Shown here: one piece after another, positions 28,902 through 39,517 of the stretch
Layout of the letters: every line of letters starts with the position of its first letter
How positions within the stretch are numbered: the first letter of the stretch is position 1
Source of the DNA: Fibrobacteria bacterium
Lineage (GTDB): Bacteria; Fibrobacterota; Fibrobacteria; UBA11236
NCBI GenBank assembly: GCA_041746255.1
Contig: JBGTHM010000125.1
Location: forward strand, 1-64,000
Length of the DNA: 64,000 nucleotides
Direction: 5' to 3'
Translations under genes and position numbers: made by a program
The notes under the pieces: generated by a model
What the model saw: the letters and a program-made list of their open reading frames with translations, nothing else
The model's database searches: none
What the model was told of the DNA's origin: nothing

Positions 28902-29244
28902 CATCGACTTCTGCGCAGGCTGCGGTTTCACCTGGGAAGAGGTTCGGTCCCGGAATAGATTGGGCTGCCCCTATTGCTATGTGAGTTTCCGGGAGTTCCT
29001 GCACAACCGACTGAGAACCAGGCCGCCCGCCCATGCGAAAGAAATGTCCGCCCGCAAGGTGGACGACCTTCAGGCCGAATCCCCCTCTTTTTTCGGACCC
29101 GGAGTTGCCATCGCCCTGCCATCCTTATCGGACCTGGCCTTGCAGGATCAACTCAGCCAGGCTATTTCACAGGAACGTTATGAAGAAGCGGCGGAATTAC
29201 GGAAAATGATCCAAAAGCAAAGGGGTTTCCCTGGATCTGCATAA
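28891..29244 (+). CDS. mcsA: Short McsA-like protein (two CxxC motifs plus UVR domain)
   Basis: CAGC…RLGCPYCY; AISQERYEEAAELR. Confidence 0.75.
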   Translation: MTASIDFCAGCGFTWEEVRSRNRLGCPYCYVSFREFLHNRLRTRPPAHAKEMSARKVDDLQAESPSFFGPGVAIALPSLSDLALQDQLSQAISQERYEEAAELRKMIQKQRGFPGSA

Positions 29245-30307
29245 GCTGGCAACCACTCCGCTGTCTTGGACGGTCAATGCCTTTAGATCGCCTTCCGGTA
29301 ATCCGGATTCCGCCTTGGTGACTCGCATCAGCCTTTATCGCAATTTCGCCGGTAGACCCTTCCCGGCATCGGCTTCGGCGGTTCAAGTGGAAGAAGACGC
29401 CCTTCGCCTCCGTGAACAGGTGAAACCATTGGGCTATAGCGACTATTGTGCGGTGGCTGAATTGAGTCCGGCTGAAAAAGCGGTATTGGCAGAAAGGCAG
29501 TGGTTGCCCAAACGCACGCCAGAAACTCCCTCTTTCAGTCCCTTTGCCGTCCTTACCGGACGGGAGCCGAACCGGCATATCCGCATCCGCTCGGGTGAAA
29601 TGTTCGGTTTTCACGTCGATAAACCCGGAAGACTTTCTCCAGAGGGGCTCGAGAGCGCCCTGCAAGAAACCGGGTTGGACTCGCTGGAGAATTCGCTCTG
29701 GGCTTGGGAGCCCAGTTTTGGTTATTTGTGTTCCAATCCCATTCATTCGGGAGCGGGATTCACCCTAAAGACCCAAGTCCATCTTCCCGGAATAGGCATC
29801 TCGCATCAAATCGAACAAGTGGGGAATGCCGCAAGGGCCTTCGGACTGCATCTCGTGGCGGCCATTGATCAGGCTGGACCTACGGTTCCCTATTTCTGGC
29901 TGGTTCTGGGAGAGTCGTTTCGGGGGGAAAGGGATGCTTTTACCCGCTTTGATCAAGCCTTAGGCATGGTATTGGATTTGGAGACGGAATCAAGGAAAAA
30001 GCTCTGGGACCGGGATTCCCGGAAATTGGCCGATGCCGTCCATCGCTCTCTCGCCATGGCCGCCGAAGCCCGGATTTTACCCTATGGTGAATGGCTGTCC
30101 CTGGCTTCCTGGATTCGTCTGGGAACCTATACCGGAATTTATCCGGCGGATTTGGCCGAGGTAACGGAAAATCTACGGGTGCAATGCGCCCCTGGGCACT
30201 TGCGCATGGTTTTGCCTGAGAGCGCGGAGAGTAGCGAAATGGAGAATGTGGCGCGGGCGGAATGGGTGAGAAAAGCATTGATGCCCTTTGCTCATAAAGA
30301 GCCGTAA
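29231..30307 (+). CDS. mcsB: McsB-like protein arginine kinase homolog with degenerate active site
   Basis: Lies between mcsA and clpC; TRISLYRNF.G.PFP, LAER, FGYL…VHLP, PGHL, VARA. CTG start inferred (ORF track start 29315). Confidence 0.7.
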   Translation: MDLHKLATTPLSWTVNAFRSPSGNPDSALVTRISLYRNFAGRPFPASASAVQVEEDALRLREQVKPLGYSDYCAVAELSPAEKAVLAERQWLPKRTPETPSFSPFAVLTGREPNRHIRIRSGEMFGFHVDKPGRLSPEGLESALQETGLDSLENSLWAWEPSFGYLCSNPIHSGAGFTLKTQVHLPGIGISHQIEQVGNAARAFGLHLVAAIDQAGPTVPYFWLVLGESFRGERDAFTRFDQALGMVLDLETESRKKLWDRDSRKLADAVHRSLAMAAEARILPYGEWLSLASWIRLGTYTGIYPADLAEVTENLRVQCAPGHLRMVLPESAESSEMENVARAEWVRKALMPFAHKEP

Positions 30308-30525
30308 GATGGGGTTGGGTTTGGGATTTTGAATGGGAACAAGTATTTTAAACTCAATGGACCATTTCGGAAGCGATTTTCAATAACCGGGATGCTTATG
30401 GCAGTAAGAAAGCAAAGGATGACGGGAGAAAAACCTCGTTTCCGCCAGGCATTTAGATTACTGAAGTTTGAATTATTGAATGGTACCATTGGTATAATGG
30501 TTCAAAATATTGCGAGGCACCGACG

Positions 30526-33030
30526 ATGAATGGCATGTTTACCGATAGAGTTAAAAAAGTGATGCAATTGGCCAGGGAGGAATCCGTTCGGCTCGGCAAT
30601 GATTATGTCGGAACTGAGCACCTCTTGTTGGGTCTTATCCGTGAAGGGGACGGTGTTGCGGTGGCGGTCCTTAAAAACCTGGGCATCGATTTGGATGATT
30701 TGGCCCGTAATATCGAAAAATCCATTTCCTCCTCCGGCGGTATGATGACCATCGGTCAGATGATTCCTTTTACGCCGAGGGCTAAGAAGGTATTGGAAAT
30801 CGCGGCGCAGGAAGCCCGCTCCATGAGCCATAAGTATATCGGTACCGAGCACTTGCTGTTGGCGCTGATGAAAGACCATGAATCGGCCGCCGCAAATGCC
30901 TTGGCCAGCATCGGCGTGGAATACGACCGGGTCAAAGAAGAAATTGAGCGGGTGCTTCGGGGTGGAGAGGCCTCCACAGGCACAGGCACCGAATTTGCCG
31001 GAGCGCGCAAGAAATCCAAAACCCCTTTTCTGGATCACTTCGGCAGGGATTTGACCGAATTGGCCCGACAAAACCAGTTGGATCCGATAATCGGTCGGGG
31101 TCCGGAAATCGAACGCGTCATTCAGATTCTCAGCCGCCGCAAAAAGAACAATCCTGTGCTTATCGGCGAACCCGGGGTGGGAAAGACCGCCATTGTCGAA
31201 GGCCTGGCCCAGAAAATCGTGGAGCGGAACATTCCCGAGGTGCTCGAAAACAAACGCGTGGTTACTCTCGACATGGGCAGCATCGTGGCGGGAACCAAAT
31301 ATCGCGGTCAATTCGAAGAGCGCCTGAAATCGCTGATGACCGAGTTGCAGAAAAACGAAAACGTCATCATCTTCATAGACGAATTGCATACCATAGTCGG
31401 GGCGGGCGGCTCGGAAGGATCGCTGGATGCCTCCAACATTTTCAAGCCGGCCTTGTCGCGCGGCGAGTTCCAATGCATTGGCGCAACCACTTTGGATGAG
31501 TACCGAAAATATATCGAGAAGGACGGTGCTTTAGAACGCCGCTTTCAGACCATTCTGGTCGATCCGCCCAGCCTTTCCGAAACCCTGCAAATCATCCATG
31601 GGCTCAAACCCAAGTATGAGCAGCACCATAAGGTGACTTATACCGATGATGCTTTGCAAGCTTCGGTCACTCTGTCCGACCGGTACTTGAGCGATCGTTT
31701 CATGCCGGACAAGGCCATCGACATCATCGACGAAGCGGGAGCGCGCGTGCGCCTGGCCAGCCTGGCCATTCCTCCGGAACTGCGTGCCAAGGAGCAGGAG
31801 CTCGAGGCCGTCATCCGCGACAAGGAAGCTTCGGTCGAAAACCAGGATTATGAAGCCGCCGCCAGTTTGCGCGATTCCCAGGAGGCCCTAAAGGCTGAGC
31901 TGGAGGAAATGCGTAAGAAATGGCGTGAACAAAAGCGCGAAGAGAGATTGGTGGTCAGCGACGAGAATATTCGGGAAGTAGTCGCTAAGATGACCGGTAT
32001 TCCGTTGGCCAAAATGGCATCCACCGAAACCAACCGGCTTTTGGCGATGGAAGACGAATTGCGCAAGCGCGTTGTGGGTCAAGACCAGGCCATCGAAGTG
32101 ATTTCCCGGGCCATCCGGCGGTCACGTTCCGGAGTCCATTCCACCAAGCGTCCCATGGGCAGCTTCATGTTCCTCGGCCCTACGGGCGTAGGCAAAACCG
32201 AGTTGGTTAAGGCTCTGGCTGCCTTTCTCTTTGAATCGGAAGACGCGCTGTTACGCATCGACATGTCGGAATACATGGAAAAGTTCGCGGTTTCCCGCCT
32301 GGTGGGAGCGCCTCCGGGATACGTGGGCTATGAAGAAGGCGGACAGCTTACCGAGAAGGTGCGCAAGAAACCCTATTCGGTCATTTTGCTCGACGAAATC
32401 GAGAAGGCGCATCCCGATGTCTTCAATATCCTGCTGCAAATCCTGGATGATGGCCAGCTCACCGACAGCTATGGCCGCAAGGTGAACTTCAAAAACACCA
32501 TCATCATCATGACTTCGAATCTTGGAGCCAAGGATATCAAAAAGGGCGTGGGCATGGGGTTCAGCCGGGACGATGTCCACACCGAATTCGACCGCATGGA
32601 CAAGATGGTGCGCGAAGAGGTCAAAAAGACCTTCAACCCCGAATTTTTGAACCGCCTTGACGATTTGGTGGTCTTCCACCAACTTGAAAGGAAGGACATG
32701 GCCCGAATCGTGGACATTTTGGTCGAGGAACTGGAATCGCGGCTCGGGCCACGTGAAATCAAGATGCAAATCTCCGATCCGGTACGCGAACTCATCGTCG
32801 AAAAAGGCTTCGACGCCCAATTGGGCGCCCGTCCCCTACGCAGGGCGATACAGAAGCTCATCGAAGATCCCCTTGCCGAAGAAATCCTGCGGGGAAAGAT
32901 CACCGATAATTCCACTCTCAAAATTGGCCGTAAGGGTGATACGCTGACCTTCAATACCGTTCAGCATGGGAAGAGCAAGAAGGAATTGGATAGGGAAGCC
33001 CTTGAACATAAAGAGGTCAAAGAAGTCTGA
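30526..33030 (+). CDS. clpC: ATP-dependent Clp protease ATPase ClpC
   Basis: Two GTEHLLL repeats, [11 protein letters not shown] middle domain, [15 protein letters not shown]. Confidence 0.96.
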   Translation: MNGMFTDRVKKVMQLAREESVRLGNDYVGTEHLLLGLIREGDGVAVAVLKNLGIDLDDLARNIEKSISSSGGMMTIGQMIPFTPRAKKVLEIAAQEARSMSHKYIGTEHLLLALMKDHESAAANALASIGVEYDRVKEEIERVLRGGEASTGTGTEFAGARKKSKTPFLDHFGRDLTELARQNQLDPIIGRGPEIERVIQILSRRKKNNPVLIGEPGVGKTAIVEGLAQKIVERNIPEVLENKRVVTLDMGSIVAGTKYRGQFEERLKSLMTELQKNENVIIFIDELHTIVGAGGSEGSLDASNIFKPALSRGEFQCIGATTLDEYRKYIEKDGALERRFQTILVDPPSLSETLQIIHGLKPKYEQHHKVTYTDDALQASVTLSDRYLSDRFMPDKAIDIIDEAGARVRLASLAIPPELRAKEQELEAVIRDKEASVENQDYEAAASLRDSQEALKAELEEMRKKWREQKREERLVVSDENIREVVAKMTGIPLAKMASTETNRLLAMEDELRKRVVGQDQAIEVISRAIRRSRSGVHSTKRPMGSFMFLGPTGVGKTELVKALAAFLFESEDALLRIDMSEYMEKFAVSRLVGAPPGYVGYEEGGQLTEKVRKKPYSVILLDEIEKAHPDVFNILLQILDDGQLTDSYGRKVNFKNTIIIMTSNLGAKDIKKGVGMGFSRDDVHTEFDRMDKMVREEVKKTFNPEFLNRLDDLVVFHQLERKDMARIVDILVEELESRLGPREIKMQISDPVRELIVEKGFDAQLGARPLRRAIQKLIEDPLAEEILRGKITDNSTLKIGRKGDTLTFNTVQHGKSKKELDREALEHKEVKEV

Positions 33031-33057
33031 GCCTCAGACATCCCTAACCCACAATCC

Positions 33058-33089
33058 ATGAAAAGCCCGGGAAACCGGGCTTTTTTCAT
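33058..33089 (+). terminator. Intrinsic (probably bidirectional) terminator after clpC
   Basis: AAAAGCCCGG-gaaa-CCGGGCTTTTT. Confidence 0.85.
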
Positions 33090-33193
33090 TTCCGGCATGA
33101 CAAAAGTTTTACACGGCGTAATGGGTCGGAGCGGGAAGATCCCCAGGACTTTTCCTATATTGTTCCGGGCATCCGATTTTTTTCAAAAGTAAG

Positions 33194-35593
33194 GTGATGG
33201 TGGTACCTATTCGCAAGTTTATCCTGGCTTCGCTTCTGCTGTTTTTCCCCGCGCGCGAATCCTTGGCCCAATTACTCGACCCCTCCATGCGGAGCACCGT
33301 CAGGGAAACCCCGATTGACGACATCCTCTTCCAGGGCAATCCCACCGTCGACAGCAGCTTAATCACCGGGGCCATCCATCTACGCAAAGGCGAGTCCTAC
33401 CTTCCTCCGGTCATGCGCCAACTTGTAAAAAGCTCGGTCGAAGCCTTGCATAGGCTTAAACTTTTTTCCGACATCCGGGTCGACATCGCCTATCCGAGCG
33501 ATCGCGAGGGCGCCGTACTGACCTTCCATTTTAAGGAGTTGCCGACGCTGGCCACCACGGAATTGAAAGGGAACAAGAAGATCAAGGAAGACGATATCCG
33601 TGCGGCCATGACTTTACTGGACGGACAGGTCTACTCCCCTTCGTCGGTGGAAAAGGACAGGCAGAGCATACTCACCCTCTATCGCGATAAAGGCTATTTG
33701 CTGGCTGAGATCAAAGTGGAGGAAACGCTGGAGGAGGCGTCGGGACGCAATCGACTGACGTTCTCCATCGCTGAGGGTACCAAAGTCAATGTTAGGTATA
33801 TCACTTTTGCCGGAAACAACCTTTTCAAAGACAAGGAATTGCGCAAACGCTTATCCGTCAAGGAGAACAGATGGTGGCGCAGCGGCGATTTTCAGGAAGA
33901 AAAGCTCCGCTCCGGTCTCGACAGCTTGGTGGATTTTTACCAGGAAAAAGGGTTATTGGACGCTGCCGTTACCGGGCATGAAATTACCTATAGCGACGAT
34001 AAACGCCACTTGGATATCCAGGTCACGTTAGACGAGGGCCGGCGATATTATTTCGGGAACGCCTATTTCGTACATAACGACGTGGTGGAAACTCGGGCGT
34101 TGCAGGCCCAGGTGGTGCTGGACAGCGGTGAAGTTTTCAACGTGAAGAAATTCGAAGCCACGAAATTCCAGGTCCAATCCGTCTTTCGCGAACAAGGATA
34201 CTTGTTCGTACAATTGGCCGATCAAAGAAGTTATCGCGACAGTATAGTAGACGTGACTTTCACCATCAAGGAAAACAGCATCGCCCACATCCAGAAAGTC
34301 CATGTGCGGGGTAATACCAAAACCAAGGATAAGGTCGTCCGCCGCGAAGTCAAACTGTTTCCAGGGGATATTTTCCGCCAATCCCTGGTGATGCGTTCGC
34401 AGCGCGACATCATGCAGCTCAATTACTTCGACGGCGTCGAACCCAATATCGAGCCTACCGAAGGCGGAGACGAGAGCGACGTCGACCTGGTGTTCGACGT
34501 CAAGGAAAAGGAAGCCGGTACGGGAACTTTTTCCGCAGGCGCCGCATATCAGGCTCGCGATGGCTTCGTGGGCACCTTGGGATTGCAAATCCCCAATTTC
34601 ATGGGCAATGGACAGCGTGCTGAGATGAACGTGGAATACGGAAAATACAAGGAACTATTTTCCGTGGGATTTACCGAGCCCTGGTTTCTGGACACTCCCA
34701 CTCTGGTGGGAGGTAACCTCTTCTATAGTTTTTACCAGGGTCGTCTCGCCAACGAATTCGACTATACCAGTTATGGTATGCGGCTCCATCTGGGTCGACG
34801 TCTTACCTGGCCTGACGATTATTTTTCCGTGCGCACCTCTTACAACTTGACCCAAAACGACAACGGTCAACGTCAGGATCCCTCCAATCTCATCATCCCA
34901 TCGGGACTGGAATCTTCGTTGAGCGCGACCCTGGTTCGTGATGATAAGGATTTACCGGTTTTTCCCACCGAAGGTTCCCGTTATGCTTTGACGCTTTCGC
35001 AGGTGGGCGGTCCGTTGCAAGGCAGTTTCGACTATGTCCAAGGGGACATCAAGGTCAATTGGTGGTTTCCCACCTTCCATAAATTCGTGTTGGGATTGGA
35101 AACTCAATTCGGAATGATTTACGGCGACAATATCCAGAGCCGGTCCCTTTACCAAATGGGCGGCTTATTGGGCTACCAGGGCAAGTTGCGCGGTTATAGC
35201 CCAGGCTCCATCGGAAATGCCCGGGTGGGACGCAGCTTTTTCTCTTTCGTTACCGAGCTCAGTTATCCCATCGTTCCGGGCACATTCTATGGACTGGCCT
35301 TTTTCGATGCGGGCAATGTATTCGGAAACCTTTCCAAATATACCGATGACGGTTCCGGGCTTCGCTTCAACGCCATTCCCCGCGATCAAGCGCCGAGCCC
35401 CTTTGATGAAATCGATTTCACCGATTTACGTCGCGACATCGGCCTAGGCTTCCGCTTGGTGGTGCCCATGGTCGGCATTATGGGTTTCGATTTCGGCTGG
35501 GGGTTGGATGATGAGGAAGAAATTCGCACCGGCGCCCGCCGTAAACAGGACGGGAAAATGCAGGTTAACTTCGTAGTAGAGCAAGGATTTTAG
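33194..35593 (+). CDS. bamA: Outer membrane protein assembly factor BamA
   Basis: POTRA repeats (GN motifs, KGYL), NFMGNGQ, FTEPW, LRGY, FFDAGN, C-terminal F. Start approximate. Confidence 0.95.
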   Translation: MMVVPIRKFILASLLLFFPARESLAQLLDPSMRSTVRETPIDDILFQGNPTVDSSLITGAIHLRKGESYLPPVMRQLVKSSVEALHRLKLFSDIRVDIAYPSDREGAVLTFHFKELPTLATTELKGNKKIKEDDIRAAMTLLDGQVYSPSSVEKDRQSILTLYRDKGYLLAEIKVEETLEEASGRNRLTFSIAEGTKVNVRYITFAGNNLFKDKELRKRLSVKENRWWRSGDFQEEKLRSGLDSLVDFYQEKGLLDAAVTGHEITYSDDKRHLDIQVTLDEGRRYYFGNAYFVHNDVVETRALQAQVVLDSGEVFNVKKFEATKFQVQSVFREQGYLFVQLADQRSYRDSIVDVTFTIKENSIAHIQKVHVRGNTKTKDKVVRREVKLFPGDIFRQSLVMRSQRDIMQLNYFDGVEPNIEPTEGGDESDVDLVFDVKEKEAGTGTFSAGAAYQARDGFVGTLGLQIPNFMGNGQRAEMNVEYGKYKELFSVGFTEPWFLDTPTLVGGNLFYSFYQGRLANEFDYTSYGMRLHLGRRLTWPDDYFSVRTSYNLTQNDNGQRQDPSNLIIPSGLESSLSATLVRDDKDLPVFPTEGSRYALTLSQVGGPLQGSFDYVQGDIKVNWWFPTFHKFVLGLETQFGMIYGDNIQSRSLYQMGGLLGYQGKLRGYSPGSIGNARVGRSFFSFVTELSYPIVPGTFYGLAFFDAGNVFGNLSKYTDDGSGLRFNAIPRDQAPSPFDEIDFTDLRRDIGLGFRLVVPMVGIMGFDFGWGLDDEEEIRTGARRKQDGKMQVNFVVEQGF

Positions 35594-35601
35594 GAGGAAA
35601 G

Positions 35602-36117
35602 ATGAAAAAAGCAATCGTATTGGCACTTATTCTTATGACCGGAGTAGCATTCACGGCCGATTTGAAGTTCGCGCATGTGGACTCCAAGCTCATCTTCGAG
35701 CAATACAAGAATACCGGCAAGGCGCAGGCCGAGTATGACAAGCAGGTCGCCAAATGGGAACAAGATGCCGCCCAGAAGCAGAAAGACCTCATGGAAATGA
35801 AGGAGCGACTGGAGAAGCAATCCCTCATGCTCAGCGATGAGAAGAAGAAGCAATTGGAAGCCGATTTTCTCAAACGGAAAAGCGAATACGAACAGTTCGT
35901 ACAGAAAATCTACGGGCGTGGCGGAGAACTCTTCGAGAAGAACGAGCAATTCTCAGGGCCCATCATCCAGAAAATCAAAAAGACCATTCAGGATGTAGCC
36001 AACCAAGAGGGCTATGACATGGTTTTCGACCGCGCTGCCGGAGCCGTGGTCTACTGGAAAAAGGACAATGATTTGACCCAGAAGGTTGTCGATTTTCTGA
36101 ACAAAGAGGTTAAATAA
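35602..36117 (+). CDS. skp: Periplasmic chaperone Skp/OmpH
   Basis: KFAHVD, coiled coil, GYDMVFD, DLTQKV; follows bamA. Confidence 0.92.
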   Translation: MKKAIVLALILMTGVAFTADLKFAHVDSKLIFEQYKNTGKAQAEYDKQVAKWEQDAAQKQKDLMEMKERLEKQSLMLSDEKKKQLEADFLKRKSEYEQFVQKIYGRGGELFEKNEQFSGPIIQKIKKTIQDVANQEGYDMVFDRAAGAVVYWKKDNDLTQKVVDFLNKEVK

Positions 36118-36149
36118 CCCTTCCTTAATACCGGGAATCCGCGAAAAAC

Positions 36150-37127
36150 GTGCTTCTCAAAACCCCGCTTTCCTTTTCCAGAATTGCCCAGCTTTGCGGC
36201 TTTCCGGAACCGGATGCGGGCAAGCCCGAATTGTCCCCAAGGCGCGTACTGGCGATTGATTCTCCTGAATTCAGCACCCCACACTCCCTGACTTTTCTGT
36301 CCAGCCAGGCGCCTTTGCAGGTGCGGCGGAATTTGATTGCGGCCATGGTCCTATCCGAACTCCCAGACGAAGCTTCGGGACTGGCTTGGCTGCAAGTTGC
36401 TTCCATGCATCGGGCCATGGAAAGCATCCTGTTGTATTGCAAGGATAGGCTCGAGCCGTTTCCACCCCCGGTTTTCCCTTCCCATACCGGAAGGCTCTCT
36501 CAAATACACCCCACCGCCGTGGTGGAAGGCGTACTTGCCGAAGACGTGAAGGTCGGCCCTGGATGCTATGTGGGAAAGGGCAGCTTTATCGGGCCCGGAA
36601 CGGTGCTGGAGGCGCGCTCCACGGTAATGGAGAACTGCCTTATTCTGGGCAATTGCGTTCTGCAATCCGGAGTGGTGGTGGGAAGCGCCGGCTTTGGTTT
36701 TTATCCCTGGGAAGAGCGTCTGGCTCCGATGCCACACTATGCGGGAGTGGTGGTGGAAGAGGATGTGTGGATAGGCGCCAATTCAGTGGTGGCGGCCGGG
36801 GTCTTGCATTCCACGCGCATCGGTATAGGATCCCGATTGGATAGCCATGTGCAAGTGGCGCATAATGTGCAATTGGGGGCTGGGGCCGTATTGGCATCCG
36901 GAGCCGGTATTGCGGGATCCACCCAAGTGGGCCCAGGTTTACGGATGGGAGGAGGCTCAGCGATTGCCGGTCATTTACGGATTGGTAAGGGAGTGAGTTT
37001 AGCGGCCTTTTCAGCCATTACCAAGAACGTGGGTGACGGCGTTACGTTGGCCGGGTTTCCGGCCCGGCCTATTCGAGAGTGGCGCCGTGAAAAGATTAAG
37101 TCAAAAGGTGGAAACGATCCGAGCTGA
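36150..37127 (+). CDS. lpxD: UDP-3-O-acylglucosamine N-acyltransferase
   Basis: IHPTAVV hexapeptides, GSAGFGF, LDSHVQVAHNV, GFPARP. Confidence 0.88.
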   Translation: MLLKTPLSFSRIAQLCGFPEPDAGKPELSPRRVLAIDSPEFSTPHSLTFLSSQAPLQVRRNLIAAMVLSELPDEASGLAWLQVASMHRAMESILLYCKDRLEPFPPPVFPSHTGRLSQIHPTAVVEGVLAEDVKVGPGCYVGKGSFIGPGTVLEARSTVMENCLILGNCVLQSGVVVGSAGFGFYPWEERLAPMPHYAGVVVEEDVWIGANSVVAAGVLHSTRIGIGSRLDSHVQVAHNVQLGAGAVLASGAGIAGSTQVGPGLRMGGGSAIAGHLRIGKGVSLAAFSAITKNVGDGVTLAGFPARPIREWRREKIKSKGGNDPS

Positions 37128-37757
37128 TTAATTCGCCTCGGTGGGACGCCCCATTAGCCGGCCCCGCACATCCATCCTCAGCGGTTCATCCGGCTGGTAG
37201 TCATTACCCTGGGGACGGAGCAATTCCATCGAGCCGTTCCGGAATTGCACAGTCGGCCCGGCTTTTCGGACGGATTCTTTTTTCGGAAAAATAGCTACCA
37301 CATCCTCACCTAAATCGATGGTGATTATGTCGAAATTGGCTCCACCGGGAAAACCGTCCTGTTTGATGGAAATGGTATTTTCCAGGCCCGGATTCAGCGT
37401 CAAAGTCATAGGCAATTCCCAGAAGACGCTATAGCCTCCTGTATTGGGAAGCACGAGGGTATCCAGGTGATCGTTTATGTAAAAGACTTTGCGTACGTTC
37501 GCCGCATCGGTAGAATAGAGGAGGATGGCGGATTTCTCGCCGCCGTTTCCTCCCTGGATTTGATGCAAGGTCACCGAGGCATCGGGCTCATGTAACCACC
37601 CTGCGGCAGCGTCACCCGAAGCGGTGTTGGAATGGTAAATAGCGGCGCCATTCTCCAGTGTTCCGGACTCAAATTCGTATTCTACGACCCCTGCCAAGCC
37701 TGGAATCCCCAGCCCGAATAGAATTCCGCACAAGAGGGAAGAGTTTATCATTCGCAT
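37128..37757 (-). CDS. Secreted stand-alone CBM6/35-like protein
   Basis: Signal peptide, YEFESG, ASG..AAGW, LPNTGGY, L..G..NTI, NFD; C-terminal MDVRGR. Confidence 0.65.
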   Translation of the reverse strand: MRMINSSLLCGILFGLGIPGLAGVVEYEFESGTLENGAAIYHSNTASGDAAAGWLHEPDASVTLHQIQGGNGGEKSAILLYSTDAANVRKVFYINDHLDTLVLPNTGGYSVFWELPMTLTLNPGLENTISIKQDGFPGGANFDIITIDLGEDVVAIFPKKESVRKAGPTVQFRNGSMELLRPQGNDYQPDEPLRMDVRGRLMGRPTEAN

Positions 37758-37791
37758 AATTTCCTCACAAAATATTTAAGAATTGGAAAAT

Positions 37792-38463
37792 TCACGGGAC
37801 ATAAAACAACCCAACTTGCTCCTTACCCTTTGTAAACGCATCCTCTCTCACAATCAATAATGGCAGGGTGCGGTAAGCAAGTAAATTCGCACCGTGGTTA
37901 ATAGGCTTAAAATAGGGCCTTGCCAGCCATGAATGTGGAAAGGCTGCGCCTTGAATAGAGACTAGGGTGCCTTTGGTCATGGATAGAATGTCTGTTCCAT
38001 AATCGATGGAGATTTTATCGATGTTGAGCCCATGGGGAAACCCGTCCTGACGGAAGGAAATGGTATTTCCCCTTTTTGAAGTCAAGTGAACTTTGACGGT
38101 GGTGTCCTTATAAATCCGGTAACCTCCCGTATACGGAAATTTCAGTGTCAGGGTATCGCCATTCACATAAAGCACCTTGCTTACTTTATGGGCGTCAGAC
38201 GCGAAGCGAATCGTCAGGGATTTCTCGCCTCCCTCTCCCCCCAAAACATTGGGGATGGTGACCCCAGCTCCGTTTAGGTGCAAATATCCGGCACAAGCTC
38301 CTCCGGAGGCGCTTTCCATGAACACCGCCTTGGCGCCTCCCTCGAATAAACCGGCCTCGGCTTCATATTCAAGCGTTATGGCGGGGATTTCCGGAGGGGC
38401 TACCCACAACAGGAAGGTTGCCAGCATTGCCCGGAGCGACTGTGAACGCCATTGCGTATACAT
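37792..38463 (-). CDS. Secreted stand-alone CBM6/35-like protein (paralog)
   Basis: YEAEAG, ASGG, FPYTGGY, GNTI, NIDKI; ATG 38463 with G-rich RBS. Confidence 0.65.
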   Translation of the reverse strand: MYTQWRSQSLRAMLATFLLWVAPPEIPAITLEYEAEAGLFEGGAKAVFMESASGGACAGYLHLNGAGVTIPNVLGGEGGEKSLTIRFASDAHKVSKVLYVNGDTLTLKFPYTGGYRIYKDTTVKVHLTSKRGNTISFRQDGFPHGLNIDKISIDYGTDILSMTKGTLVSIQGAAFPHSWLARPYFKPINHGANLLAYRTLPLLIVREDAFTKGKEQVGLFYVP

Positions 38464-38538
38464 AAGTCCATCCCCCCACATCAAATCAAATAATTGCCGC
38501 GCCCATGGATTGGCAAACACAATTCTATTTTGGCCGGA

Positions 38539-39465
38539 ATGGACAGGCGGCAGGTGATTCTCCCAGGGAAAGGCATTCACGGTGGCCGAGCGGAGCGACT
38601 GGTGATAAAGTTGTCCACGCGCTTACCCGCATGTCCGCGCGTTTTTTTGGGGGGAAATCCATATCCCATCGAGCCTGGCCAATGGAAGGAATTTTCGCGT
38701 ACGGCGCGCAATGCCACCTGTTTGGAATATGCAGGACCGGATCCTAGGTATGCGGGGCTGCGGGTCGATACGCTGGAACACCTGCTTGCGGTCTTATTGG
38801 TTTTCCCCGATGCACCCATCGATATATTCTGCGAGGGTAGGGAACCGCCCTTTCTGGACGGAAGCGCGCTTCCGATTCTTACCGCCGTGAAAACCCTGCT
38901 GGGAGATAAGACCAGCTATGCCTTGGGATGGAAACAATATGCCTGTCCGTTGCAGTGGGAGCATACGTGGAGGGCGGGCGGCATACGAGTCATGCCTGCT
39001 CCGGAGTTCCGTGTGAGTTACGGGGTGGTGAGAGGGGATGTTTATCAAAGGGCCGTGCTGGAAAGTCCCCATGAATTTCTGGAGTATGCGGTTCCGGCAC
39101 GGAGTTTTCTCTTCTATGAGGATGGGAAAATCGCTAAGTCCCGCTCCGACTCTCCTCTCTTAAAAGGCGCTAGGTGGGACAGCGGGCTACTCCTGGCCGA
39201 ATCGCGCGAACAATTCGAGGAAGCACGGTCACGGGGTGTGCCTCCCGCAGAAATTGCCGGAACTTACCCTCTTCTCAATGCCACCTTCTGGAGGTCCGAA
39301 TCCGAATTGGCCTGGCATAAGATTCTGGATTTGCTGGGTGACTTGGCTCTTTTCAACTTAGCGCTTCCCAGAGTGCATATTGAGGTGGAAAATGGGGGGC
39401 ATTTCCAAAATCACCAGCTTTTGGATCGGCTCCAAGACCAGATGGAATCAATGAACCGTCCCTGA
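38539..39465 (+). CDS. lpxC: UDP-3-O-acyl-GlcNAc deacetylase (divergent)
   Basis: GKGIHGG, TLEHLLA, PFLDGSA, ARSF, HKILDLLGD, GGH. Confidence 0.85.
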   Translation: MDRRQVILPGKGIHGGRAERLVIKLSTRLPACPRVFLGGNPYPIEPGQWKEFSRTARNATCLEYAGPDPRYAGLRVDTLEHLLAVLLVFPDAPIDIFCEGREPPFLDGSALPILTAVKTLLGDKTSYALGWKQYACPLQWEHTWRAGGIRVMPAPEFRVSYGVVRGDVYQRAVLESPHEFLEYAVPARSFLFYEDGKIAKSRSDSPLLKGARWDSGLLLAESREQFEEARSRGVPPAEIAGTYPLLNATFWRSESELAWHKILDLLGDLALFNLALPRVHIEVENGGHFQNHQLLDRLQDQMESMNRP

Positions 39466-39517
39466 TATTGCTAATTTTCGGGCATCTTATCTTCTCACCC
39501 GATTCAAGCAGGTTTGC

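Noticed and set aside
38539..39465. LpxC as a pseudoenzyme
   Set aside because: Divergent, but the EH, HKxLD and GH catalytic/Zn motifs are all present.
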